A stretch of DNA of 64,000 nt, taken from Alphaproteobacteria bacterium (GTDB lineage: Bacteria > Pseudomonadota > Alphaproteobacteria > Caulobacterales > Hyphomonadaceae). Shown piece by piece: positions 18,838 through 28,149 of this stretch (position 1 is the stretch's first letter; every line of letters begins with the position of its first letter). The stretch lies in NCBI GenBank assembly GCA_018969425.1, contig JAGWYJ010000014.1, positions 309 through 64,308 of the forward strand, written 5' to 3'. The position numbers and the translations under genes are program-made. The notes beneath the pieces were generated by a model. The model was given only the letters and a program-made list of their open reading frames with translations. It made no database searches and was not told where the DNA came from.

Positions 18838-21588
18838 TCAGAAGCGAAGCTGCAGTTCGACCCCGTAGGTGCGGGGCGGACGCAGGGTTTCCGACGAGGC
18901 GTAGCAGGATTCCGCACGGATCGCGCCCGGCGTCGGCGTCGTCGCCACGGAGGTGTCGCAGCGCTGAGGCGCCACGTTTCTCTTCGTGCCTTCGATCAGG
19001 CCCGAACCGAAGCTGTCGTAAACGATCTCGTCGAAGAGATTGCGGACGAAGCCGATGATCTGAACGTTGCCGTCCGAGTTGGTCCAGGTGAGGCGCGCAT
19101 CCGTCTGATCCCAGGAGGGGATTTCCGAATACGGGCGGTTGAAGATCGAGGAGTAGGCCACATCCTGCCAGAAATAGCTGGCGGACGCGTCGATCGTTGC
19201 GCCGTCCTCGAGGTTCCAGGTGTAGGTTCCGTTGAGGGCGAGCTTGTTCTTCGGGCTGAAGGGCAGGAGGTTGCCGGCGAGCGACTGGCCCTGAAGGCCG
19301 TTGGACGCAGCAGCTCCGAGCTTCTTCGCCAGAGGATCAAGCGCGAAGGGATCGAGCGCGTGGATGAGCGCCGGCGATTCCTTGATCTCCGGATTCGTCC
19401 AGCCATAGTTGAACAGGACCCGGAAATTGTCGGTCGGCCGCCAGATCGTCTCAAGTTCGAAGCCCGACGTCTGGGTTTTCGGCAGGTTGACATAGGCGGT
19501 GTAGGGAAGCGGACGAACTGCGCCCGGCGTCGTCGGAGCTTCCGGGTTCACGAGGTTCGAGACCTGGTAACCGGCGTAATCGTAGAAGAACGCCACCGCG
19601 TTCGTCGTCAGATTAAGCGACGGCCACTCGCGCTTGAGGCCGAGTTCGAACGCGTCCACGATCTCCTTGTCCGTGTAAGGCGTCGGCAGGAGAACCCCGA
19701 AGACCTCGGCTGCGCCGAGACCGCCGGGCTTGTAGCCGCGGTTGTACTTTCCGTAGATGAGCGTGTCGGTGTCCGGCGTCCAGTCAATGCCGACGACCCC
19801 GGTCACTTCCTCCCAGGTGGCGTAGAGATCGCGATAGCCGTTGCCGGTCACCGGATCATAGTAGATGCCGAGCGGATTGGCGACGGTGGCGTTGATGACG
19901 CCCTTGCCAACCTTGCCGGTCGCCGGGTCGAGGCCGCCAAGGTTGCGCGTCACGTCGATCCGGGCCGGAAGAAGGGCTGCGGCCGGGCCGAACAGCGGAG
20001 CAAGCGCCGCCTGCAGGACGTAATGGTTGACGATGCGGGCATATTCGCGGCCGTCCGAGATATCCTTTGACCAACGAAGACCACCGGTCAGCTTCCACTG
20101 ATCGTTGAACTCATAGTCGGTCTGCAGGAAGACGCCATAGGCGTTGTTCACCGCCTGGTTGTTGGTGTGGAACACCAGCGAGGCGCCCGGAATGGGTGAG
20201 CCCGAGTAGGATGTGCGTCCCGTGCCCGAGGGCAGGATCGGCATGGGCTTGGTGAAGTTACCCGCCAGCAGGTCGCCCAGAGCGAGGACCGATCCGCCCG
20301 GATTGGCGAGCTGCGAGACATAGACGGTCTGGTTGTAGTTTTCCTGGTACTGATAGGCGCCCATGACCCACTGGAAGGGGCCGTCGCCCGTCGAGATCAG
20401 GTTGATCTCGTTGGAGAACCAGGTGCGGTTTTCGTTGTAGTCCGACACGCGCTCAAGGTTGATCGTGCGGGTTCCCAGCTTCGCCGACTTGATCGGCGAT
20501 CCGTCATGGTCCTGCTGGAGGTTGTAGTTATAGGAGACGTAACCGCCGAGATATTTGATATCAAATTCATCAGCGTGCCAGACCGCCTCGATCACAGCTT
20601 CTTCCGTCGGACGCAGGTGCGCGATGTTGGTGAAGTCCGTGTTGAACTTGTAGCGGTTGTTGATGGTCGGGTTGGTGACCTGGGTTCCGACCTGAACGCG
20701 GGTCGGGTCGAGCAGGCCGAAGTACGCGTTCGGCGCGATGTCCGACGTCGCCGCGAAAAAGCGCGTGTCGTAGATCGCGGTGTTGCCGGCGCTGGTGCGC
20801 GCGCCGGGCGATCCGACGCGGTCCCACTGGAGACGGGCAAGGCGTGTCCACCATTCGAAGCGGTCGCCGATCTCGCCTTCGAGCTGGCCTTCAAAATAGT
20901 AGCCGTCATTCCGGCCGCCTTCGGTTTCGAGACCCGAAGCGTTGGTCAGATAGCCTTCCTGCTGCAGGGTGCGCGAGGCGGCGAGGCTGTAGCGCAGCGT
21001 GTCCGTGATCGGACCGGAGAAGCGCGTCTCGACCTTGCTGCTGTCGAAATTGCCATAGCCGATGTTGAACTGACCTTCGAAATCACTCGAAGGACGCTTG
21101 GAGAGCACGTTGAGCGCCCCGCCGATCGAATCGCGGCCATAGAGCGTTCCCTGCGGACCGCGGACAACCTCGACGCGATCAACGAAGATCGGTTCGCGGC
21201 TGGCCGGGATGGCGGAGGAGAAGTAGACGCCGTCGACATAGTTCGAGATCCCCGAGCGGATACCGAAATTGTTCGACGTCCGGGTCACGCCGCGCATGCC
21301 GAGGCGGTCGTTGGAGGTCGAGTAGCTGAGGCCGGGGGCGAAGTTGGTGTAGTCCTGGACCGTCGTGAGGCCGATTTCGTCGCGCAGCTCGTCGGTGATG
21401 GCGGTCACGGCGACCGCGATATCCTGAACAGTTTCCTCGCGCTTCGAGGCGGTCACAACCACCACGTCGCGGCTCATGCGGTCGCCTTCCTGGGGCGCTG
21501 CTGCGGCCGGAGCCTGCTGAGCGAAGGCCGGCATGGCCATTCCGAGAGCCATCAGGCTCACTAGTGTAAGACGGTTCTTGGGCGCCAT
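18838..21588 (-). CDS. TonB-dependent receptor (paralog 1)
   Basis: Signal peptide 'MAPKNRLTLVSLMALGMAMPAFAQQ'. Plug domain 'VVVVTASKREETVQDIAVAVTAI...VEVVRGPQGTLYGRDSIGGALNV'. C-terminal '...YGVELQLRF'. ATG at 21588 was chosen within the listed ORF. Confidence 0.93.
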   Translation of the reverse strand: MAPKNRLTLVSLMALGMAMPAFAQQAPAAAAPQEGDRMSRDVVVVTASKREETVQDIAVAVTAITDELRDEIGLTTVQDYTNFAPGLSYSTSNDRLGMRGVTRTSNNFGIRSGISNYVDGVYFSSAIPASREPIFVDRVEVVRGPQGTLYGRDSIGGALNVLSKRPSSDFEGQFNIGYGNFDSSKVETRFSGPITDTLRYSLAASRTLQQEGYLTNASGLETEGGRNDGYYFEGQLEGEIGDRFEWWTRLARLQWDRVGSPGARTSAGNTAIYDTRFFAATSDIAPNAYFGLLDPTRVQVGTQVTNPTINNRYKFNTDFTNIAHLRPTEEAVIEAVWHADEFDIKYLGGYVSYNYNLQQDHDGSPIKSAKLGTRTINLERVSDYNENRTWFSNEINLISTGDGPFQWVMGAYQYQENYNQTVYVSQLANPGGSVLALGDLLAGNFTKPMPILPSGTGRTSYSGSPIPGASLVFHTNNQAVNNAYGVFLQTDYEFNDQWKLTGGLRWSKDISDGREYARIVNHYVLQAALAPLFGPAAALLPARIDVTRNLGGLDPATGKVGKGVINATVANPLGIYYDPVTGNGYRDLYATWEEVTGVVGIDWTPDTDTLIYGKYNRGYKPGGLGAAEVFGVLLPTPYTDKEIVDAFELGLKREWPSLNLTTNAVAFFYDYAGYQVSNLVNPEAPTTPGAVRPLPYTAYVNLPKTQTSGFELETIWRPTDNFRVLFNYGWTNPEIKESPALIHALDPFALDPLAKKLGAAASNGLQGQSLAGNLLPFSPKNKLALNGTYTWNLEDGATIDASASYFWQDVAYSSIFNRPYSEIPSWDQTDARLTWTNSDGNVQIIGFVRNLFDEIVYDSFGSGLIEGTKRNVAPQRCDTSVATTPTPGAIRAESCYASSETLRPPRTYGVELQLRF

Positions 21589-21866
21589 CAGACGCAACCT
21601 CCCTGTGAAACGTTCCTCTCCGTCGGCGCGTTGTCTCTGCATGGAGCTCAGCGCCGCAGCCGGTGGGCAAACACCCGCGCGAGTGACCTACACGCATCTC
21701 GATCCCGTTCGCAACGTCAACCTTCGCTTCCCGGTCTTTCCCGGTGCGGAAACCTTGAGGGCGAGACCAAAAGGTCACGCGAGGATGAGAAGGTGTGTTC
21801 TTTTGGTCGCACTTAAGGCCCCGATTCACCCTCCGAGGCCGGGCGCCGTAACGTCATCCTCAGAGC

Positions 21867-21894
21867 AAAAACGCCGACCCCGTGAGGGGCCGGC
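21867..21894 (-). terminator. Intrinsic terminator after TonB-dependent receptor 2
   Basis: Minus strand reads GCCGGCCCC-UCAC-GGGGUCGGC followed by GUUUUUG. The stem is 9 bp with one G-U pair. It lies 45 nt after the stop. Confidence 0.8.
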
Positions 21895-21938
21895 GCATGT
21901 TGAGGCGTACCGGACCGGCCCGAAGACCGGCCAGCGGG

Positions 21939-24752
21939 TTAGAACTTGTACTGAAGCTCGACCCCGTAGGTGCGGGGCGGACGGTAGCTTTCAGAGATCG
22001 TCAGGCAGTCCTGCGCCAGCACGCCGGTCGGGTTGACCGCATGGCTGACCGTCGTTGCGGCAGACGATCCGCACATCTGGAGCGGCACGTCGCGCGTGTT
22101 GCCGATCCGGCGTCCGCCGCCGCGCCCGTCATAGATCACATCGTCGAACAGGTTCCGGACGAACCCGATGAGCGTGATGTTCTGATCGGCGTTGGTCCAG
22201 GTCACCCGTGCGTCGGTCTGCACCCAGGACGGGATCTTCGTGGCCCAGCGGTTGAACACGGAGCTGAACGCGATGTCCTGCCAGGAGGAGGAGGCCGTGA
22301 AGTTGAGCTCTGCGCCGTCTTCCATATCGACGGTGTAGGTCCCAACCAGGGCGGCCTTATTCTTTGGGCTGAACGGCAGAAGATTGCCGTTCAGGTTCTG
22401 GCCGGCGATGCAGGCGGTGGCGCTGCTGCCGCAAGGTCCGTTCGTTCGGGAGATCACGTTCGCGGCGGGATCGCGGCCGAACGGGTCGAGCGCGTGCACG
22501 AGAGCGGGCGTGTCTCCGATCTCCGGGTTGGCGTAGCCGTAGTTGAACAGGATCCGCAGGGCGTCCGTCGGCCGCCAGATCGTTTCAAGTTCGAACCCGG
22601 TCGTCACCGTCGACGGCAGGTTGATGTAAGAGACGTAGGTCGGCGGCCTCACGCCGGAGGAGTTGATGTCCGGCACGATCGTGTTGGAGACCTGATAGCC
22701 CTGATAGTCATAGTAGAAGGCCACCGCGTTGGTCGTGAGGTTCGCCGCCGGCCATTCCCGCTTGAGGCCCAGTTCGAAGGCGTCGACAAGTTCCTTGTCG
22801 GTGTAGGGCGTCGCCGTGAGGTTGCAGTTGGTGTCTGCGCAGCCGAGGCCGCCAGGTTTGTAGCCGCGGTTGTACTTGGCGTAGACCAGCGTGTCGGTGT
22901 CAGGCGTCCAGTCGACCCCCAGAACCCCTGTGACCTCGTTCCAGGAGGCGGCCAGCTGACGGCGCGCGATGCCCGTGACCGGATCGAGATAGATCCCGTA
23001 GCGGCTCTTATCGAGCCCGCCGCAACCCGCCGCGCTGTTCGCCGCCGTCACATTGGTGTTGACAATGCCCTTGCCGGCGAAGCCGCAGGGATTGCTCGCT
23101 GTGACCGTCGTCGGGTCCGGTCCGCCGAAGAATGCGGACGTTCCGTCGACCCGCGGCGCGCCGAGGGCGTAGTGCGAGATGTAGCGCACCTGGTCGGCCC
23201 CGTTCATCACGTCCTTCGACCAGCGGATGCCGCCGGTGATCTTCCAGGCGTCGTTGATCTGGTAATCGCCCTGGAAGAAGGCGCCGTAGGCGTGGTTCAG
23301 GCCCTGGTTGTTGGAGAAATACCAGAGATCGCCGCCCTGAGGCGACCCCGAGCTCGCATTGCGGCCCGTGAAGTCGGGGAGATCCACCGTGGGGGTAAAG
23401 GTCGGGAAGCGAAGAACCGTTCCGCCAATGCCCGGATGCGAGGAGACATAGATGGGCTGGGTGTAGTTCTCCTGGTATTGATAGATCCCGGTCACCCACT
23501 GGAAGGGGCCCGATCCGGTCGAGATCAGGTTGATCTCGTTCGAGAACCAGGCGCGGTTCTCGTTATAGTCCGTGATGCGGCCGACAGAGATGTTGTTGCC
23601 AGCCGGCACGCCGCCGAGAGCGAAGGGCAGCTTGAACGCGCTGACCGGTCCTCCGTCATTATCGATCTGAAGGTTATAGTGGTACCAGACATACCCGCCG
23701 AGGTATTTGAGATCGAAATTGTCGAAGCTGTAGACCGCCTCAAGCGCCCCTTCCGTCGTCGGGAAGAGATCCGTGAACTGGGTGAAGTCGGCGTTGAACT
23801 GCAGTTGCTGGTTGGCGCCGATATTGGGGTTCGTTTTCTGGGTTCCGGCCTGCGTAAGTCCTGAGGCGACGCCGCTGAACCCGAAGAACGAGTTGATGTT
23901 CGCCGAGCCGCCCGGGAACAGGCGGGTGTCGTAGGGCGTCGAATCTCCGGCGCCGGTCCGGCCGCCGGGAGCTCCGACGCGGTGCCAGCTCAGAGAGCCG
24001 AGGCGGGCCCACCAGCTGAACCGGTCGCCGATATCGCCTTCGAGCTGACCTTCGATATAGGTGTCGTCCCGGCGGTTGGCCTCGTTCTCAAGGCCGGCCA
24101 CGTTGGTGAGGAAGCCCTCCCCGCGGAAGAAGCGGTTGCCCGCCAGCGAGAAGCGGATGTCGTCCGTGATCGGACCGGAGATCCGGGCCTCGACCTTCCG
24201 CTCGTCGAAATTGGCGAAGCCGATATGCACCTCGCCCTCGAACTCGTTCGAAGGTCTCTTGGAGATAACGTTGAGCGCGCCGCCGATAGAATCGCGTCCG
24301 TAGAGCGTGCCCTGCGGGCCGCGAACGACCTCGACGCGGTCGACGAAGATGGTTTCCCGGCTGGCGGGGATGGCGGAGGAGAAGTAGACGCCGTCGACAT
24401 AGTTCGAAATCCCGGACCGGATACCGAAGTTGTTCGAGGTCCTTGTGACCCCGCGCATGCCGAGACGGTCGTTCGCCGTCGAATAGCTGAGGCCGGGTGC
24501 GAAGTTGGTGTAGTCCTGCACTGTCGACAGACCGATCTCGTCGCGAAGCTCCGAAGAGATCGCGGTCACGGCCACGGCGATGTCCTGGACGGTCTCTTCC
24601 CGCTTGGACGCCGTGACGACAACCACGTCATTGCTGTTGCGGTCGGCCGCCTTGGCGGGAGGCGCAGCCGGCGGCGCCTGCTGGGCCAGAGCCGGCATGG
24701 CGATGCTCAGGGCCATAAGACTGACGAATGTATAACGGTTTTTGGGCGCCAT
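21939..24752 (-). CDS. TonB-dependent receptor (paralog 2, Cys-rich loops)
   Basis: 'MAPKNRYTFVSLMALSIAMPALAQQ'. The plug domain is near-identical to paralog 1. Terminal '...YGVELQYKF'. Eight Cys sit in predicted loop segments. Confidence 0.93.
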   Translation of the reverse strand: MAPKNRYTFVSLMALSIAMPALAQQAPPAAPPAKAADRNSNDVVVVTASKREETVQDIAVAVTAISSELRDEIGLSTVQDYTNFAPGLSYSTANDRLGMRGVTRTSNNFGIRSGISNYVDGVYFSSAIPASRETIFVDRVEVVRGPQGTLYGRDSIGGALNVISKRPSNEFEGEVHIGFANFDERKVEARISGPITDDIRFSLAGNRFFRGEGFLTNVAGLENEANRRDDTYIEGQLEGDIGDRFSWWARLGSLSWHRVGAPGGRTGAGDSTPYDTRLFPGGSANINSFFGFSGVASGLTQAGTQKTNPNIGANQQLQFNADFTQFTDLFPTTEGALEAVYSFDNFDLKYLGGYVWYHYNLQIDNDGGPVSAFKLPFALGGVPAGNNISVGRITDYNENRAWFSNEINLISTGSGPFQWVTGIYQYQENYTQPIYVSSHPGIGGTVLRFPTFTPTVDLPDFTGRNASSGSPQGGDLWYFSNNQGLNHAYGAFFQGDYQINDAWKITGGIRWSKDVMNGADQVRYISHYALGAPRVDGTSAFFGGPDPTTVTASNPCGFAGKGIVNTNVTAANSAAGCGGLDKSRYGIYLDPVTGIARRQLAASWNEVTGVLGVDWTPDTDTLVYAKYNRGYKPGGLGCADTNCNLTATPYTDKELVDAFELGLKREWPAANLTTNAVAFYYDYQGYQVSNTIVPDINSSGVRPPTYVSYINLPSTVTTGFELETIWRPTDALRILFNYGYANPEIGDTPALVHALDPFGRDPAANVISRTNGPCGSSATACIAGQNLNGNLLPFSPKNKAALVGTYTVDMEDGAELNFTASSSWQDIAFSSVFNRWATKIPSWVQTDARVTWTNADQNITLIGFVRNLFDDVIYDGRGGGRRIGNTRDVPLQMCGSSAATTVSHAVNPTGVLAQDCLTISESYRPPRTYGVELQYKF

Positions 24753-25054
24753 CTGACGCGGTCTCCCTCTAAGACGTTGACTTCCCCATTTGGCGGGCGC
24801 CGGAAGGATGAACCCGCCTTATCGATCGGCGGATGTACTCCCCGCCTTGACTGAAGGAGAGGCTGACTCCCGCGATGTCTGCGGTCAAGCGACGCAGACC
24901 CGTTTCTGCGGCAAATCAGCCGGAAAACGACAAAAAAGTCACATCTGCGTGACCCTGCGTGAGGTTAACGCGGGTCACGCTGGCGGCAGACGGTAGCTTC
25001 CCTAGCGTCAGATGTGGGGTTGGGTGGGGCAGGGTGAGTCGCTGCGCCGCCGCC

Positions 25055-27511
25055 TCAGGACCGGGGTTTCGCGCGGCTCGTCGGGAGCGCGGCGGCGGGA
25101 TCTTCGGGCCAGTCATGCTTGGGATAGCGTCCGCGCATGTCTTTTCTCATGTCGCCATACCCGCCCTTCCAGAACCCCGGCAGGTCCCGGGTGAGCGCAA
25201 CCGGTCGCATTGCGGGCGAGAGAAGCGCGAGGGTGAGGCCGACCCGTCCGTCCGCGACCGTGGGATGATCCCCTGGCCCGAACGCCTCCTGAACCTTGCA
25301 CTCGGCGCGCGGACCGCCCTCGGCCGCGTAGTCGATCGCGATCCGCCGGCCGGCCGGGGTCGTCCACAACCCAGGGGCCAGTCGGTCCAGCTCCCGCGCG
25401 AGGGGCCAGTCGAGCAGGGAGAGGGCCGCCTGGGCCAGGGCCGGGCCCTCAAGGTCCTTCAGCGAACGCGTCGTCTCGAGGAGGGGCGCCAGCCAGTCTT
25501 CGAGACGATCCGTCAGCATCTTCGGAAAATTCTCCGGCCAGGGGTCCCCGATCGTCGCTCTCAGAAAAGCGAGGCGGGCGATCAGCCTGCCGAGGTCCTC
25601 TCCCGTCGGCAGAAGATCCAGCCCGCCCTCGCGCACGGCGTCGAGAAGCGCCCCGGCGACCAGCCGGCGGGACGGCTGGGGCAAGGGGGTCTCCTCCAGA
25701 ACGATGCCTCCGAGCCGACGGATCCGTCTGGCCCGGACGCTCATCGTCGCCGGATCGTAGAGCGCCTCCTCCGACTGGCTCGCCCCGCCGACTAGAAGGG
25801 CGTCCGCCTCGCTGATCCTGGCGGCGAGAGTGATCCGGAGTTCCGCTCCCGATCCCGTCAGATCCGCGGCGACCAGCCAGCGTTCCCGCGCCATCGGATC
25901 GGTCTCATCGAGGCGCCCGCCCCGACCCCCCGCCAGCAGGAAGCGGCCGGTCGCGCCGGGGCGCGCCATGGCGATGCGTTCGGGAAACCCGAGACCGAGC
26001 ACGTAGCCCGCAGCCTCGTCTCCCGTCTCTGTACCCGCCTGCGGCCCACCCCAGCGCCGTGCGAGATCGCGCATGGCCCGCGCCCGATCGCTCTTATCCC
26101 TTCGGAAGCGGAGGAGCCTGTCTGCCAGATCGCTTGAGCGTCCGCCCAGATCACGTTCGCTGAGCAGGGCCGCAATCTCTCCGGCGAGGCGTCCGAGACC
26201 CGTCTCCCGCGCCCGCATGACCATCAGGCCCAGCCGGGGCGGCAGGGCGAGCTCGCTCACCTTCGCGCCCAGCGCGGTGGGCTCGCCTGCAGGGGTGAGC
26301 GCGCCGGCGAGGATGAGCCTCTCGCCCGCCAGCCGCCATGGGGTCTCCCGGGGCGGGTTGAGCCATGTCAGATCCTGAACCGATCGGGCCCCCCAGCGCG
26401 CCGCATCGAGGCGCAGGCCCGTCAGGTCCGCATTGTCGATTTCGGGCGAAGGCGCCGGGGCGAAACCCCTCATCTCCGCCTCCCTCCACAGCCGGTAGCA
26501 CACCCCGGGGGCGGTGCGGCCCGCGCGTCCGCGTCGCTGATCGGCGTTCGCGATCGAGATCCGCACGGTCTCCAGTCGTGTCGCGCCGGTCGCCACATCA
26601 TGGCGGGGAACGCGCGCGAGCCCTCCATCCACCACCACCCGCACCCCTTCGATCGTCAGGGCGCTTTCGGCCAGATCGGTCGCAAGCACAACCTTGCGCC
26701 GCCCCGGCGAGGGCGGCGCGATGGCCGCGCTCTGCTCGGCCGGAGAGAGGCTTCCATGGAGGGGAACCACGTCGATCGGTCCGGTCAGACCGCTCAGCGC
26801 CTCGGCGGTGCGCGCAATCTCGGCCATCCCAGGAAGAAAGGCGAGAACCGACCCCTCCTGCTCGCGCAGCGCCCGTCGTATGACGAGAGCGACATCGGCG
26901 TCTATGCGCTCGCGCGGATCGCGCTCGACATAGATGGTCTCAACAGGGTGGGATCGTCCTGCGCTGGAAACGACTTCAGCCCCGAACGTGGCGGCGGTGA
27001 GATTGGGCGGCAGGGTTGCGGACATCACGAGGATCCTCAGATCCTCCCGAAGGACGCTCTGCGCATCGAGGGCGAAGGCGAGACCGGCCTCCGCTTCAAG
27101 CGAGCGTTCGTGGAACTCATCGAAGATGACAGCCGAGACGCCCTCAAGGGAGGGATCCGACAGGATCATGCGCGTAAACACTCCTTCGGTCAGCACCTCG
27201 ATGCGCGCGCGCGCAGACGTGCGGACATCGAGGCGCGTGCGCAGCCCGATGCGCTCTCCGACCGTCTCCTGAAGGCTGGCCGCCAGACGCTCGGCGGCGG
27301 CCCTCGCCGCGATCCGCCGCGGCTCGAGGAGAAGGATGCGGCCTGCAGCCGCCCAGGGCTGTGTCATCAGGGCGAGGGGTGTGCGCGTCGTCTTCCCGGC
27401 GCCTGGCGGCGCCTCGAGGATAAGGCGCCGGGCCGTCTCGAGGCGTTTCAGGATCTCCGGCAGAACGTCATCGATCGGCAGGTCGAAGTCAGCGGTCATG
27501 AGCACAGCCAT
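25055..27511 (-). CDS. hrpB: ATP-dependent DEAH-box helicase HrpB
   Basis: 818 aa. Motifs 'LEAPPGAGKTT', 'DEFHERS' and 'SATL'. HrpB-type C-terminal domain. Confidence 0.92.
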   Translation of the reverse strand: MAVLMTADFDLPIDDVLPEILKRLETARRLILEAPPGAGKTTRTPLALMTQPWAAAGRILLLEPRRIAARAAAERLAASLQETVGERIGLRTRLDVRTSARARIEVLTEGVFTRMILSDPSLEGVSAVIFDEFHERSLEAEAGLAFALDAQSVLREDLRILVMSATLPPNLTAATFGAEVVSSAGRSHPVETIYVERDPRERIDADVALVIRRALREQEGSVLAFLPGMAEIARTAEALSGLTGPIDVVPLHGSLSPAEQSAAIAPPSPGRRKVVLATDLAESALTIEGVRVVVDGGLARVPRHDVATGATRLETVRISIANADQRRGRAGRTAPGVCYRLWREAEMRGFAPAPSPEIDNADLTGLRLDAARWGARSVQDLTWLNPPRETPWRLAGERLILAGALTPAGEPTALGAKVSELALPPRLGLMVMRARETGLGRLAGEIAALLSERDLGGRSSDLADRLLRFRRDKSDRARAMRDLARRWGGPQAGTETGDEAAGYVLGLGFPERIAMARPGATGRFLLAGGRGGRLDETDPMARERWLVAADLTGSGAELRITLAARISEADALLVGGASQSEEALYDPATMSVRARRIRRLGGIVLEETPLPQPSRRLVAGALLDAVREGGLDLLPTGEDLGRLIARLAFLRATIGDPWPENFPKMLTDRLEDWLAPLLETTRSLKDLEGPALAQAALSLLDWPLARELDRLAPGLWTTPAGRRIAIDYAAEGGPRAECKVQEAFGPGDHPTVADGRVGLTLALLSPAMRPVALTRDLPGFWKGGYGDMRKDMRGRYPKHDWPEDPAAALPTSRAKPRS

Positions 27512-27650
27512 AGGCGCTCGCCGCCTGCGGCCGCAAGACCTCAGGTCCGCTCCCGAAGCTCGATATCCGATCTGTTGCGGAGCCTCATTTTTAATTAAAG
27601 TCAGCGCTCGTGGCGCAAGCCGTGCGGCCTGGCCCTGAGAGAGGTTCGAG

Positions 27651-28103
27651 ATGATCGCTGATCCGGACGCCCCGACACGGACGGGAGGCTGTCATTGCGG
27701 AGCGGTCCGGTTCGAGGTCGATCTTGTCGACGGCCTGAACACGGCGCGACGTTGCGACTGCTCCTTTTGCCGGATGCGCGGCGCCGTGGCGGTCTCAGGC
27801 AGGCCTGGCGGCCTGAGGATCCTCTCGGGCGAGGATAAGCTGACCTGCTATCGTTTCAACACGGGCGCGGCGCGTCACTTCTTCTGTTCATGCTGCGGGA
27901 TTTACACCCATCACGAACGCAGGTCGCGTCCGGGCGAGTACGGAGTGAACGTCGCCTGCCTGGACGGGCTCAGCCCATTCGACTTCGCCTCGGTCGACGT
28001 TCTTGACGGGATCCGCCACCCCATGGATCTGCCGGCTGGCGAAAGGCCTCGGATATCCGGACGCCTTGTCTATATTCCGACCGATCCGGCCTCGTCCGAC
28101 TGA
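27651..28103 (+). CDS. GFA family protein (glutathione-dependent formaldehyde-activating / CENP-V-like)
   Basis: Zinc-Cys pattern 'GGCHCGAVRFEV...CDCSFCRMRG...FFCSCCG'. Confidence 0.85.
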   Translation: MIADPDAPTRTGGCHCGAVRFEVDLVDGLNTARRCDCSFCRMRGAVAVSGRPGGLRILSGEDKLTCYRFNTGAARHFFCSCCGIYTHHERRSRPGEYGVNVACLDGLSPFDFASVDVLDGIRHPMDLPAGERPRISGRLVYIPTDPASSD

Positions 28104-28106
28104 CGT

Positions 28107-28131
28107 GGCCTCCCGGAGGCGTCAGGAGGCC
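28107..28131. terminator. Hairpin between convergent genes
   Basis: GGCCTCC-N11-GGAGGCC between the GFA stop (28103) and the nitronate monooxygenase stop (28150). Confidence 0.35.
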
Positions 28132-28149
28132 CCGTCTCACGGGTTCGCG

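Noticed and set aside
21882-23864. 660-aa plus-strand ORF (and the similar 20506..21564, 19360..20070 and 23982..24854 ORFs)
   Set aside because: They are antisense to the two TonB-dependent receptor genes. The translations are Arg/Val/Asp/Gly-rich with no motifs. This is a high-GC open-frame artefact.
24753-25054. Possible riboswitch or leader RNA in the 300-nt region upstream of TonB receptor paralog 2
   Set aside because: I could not find a B12-box (GCCACTG-like), TPP (CTGAGA/ACCTGA) or other riboswitch core on the minus strand. Only short inverted and direct repeats are present, and these are reported separately as a low-interest finding.
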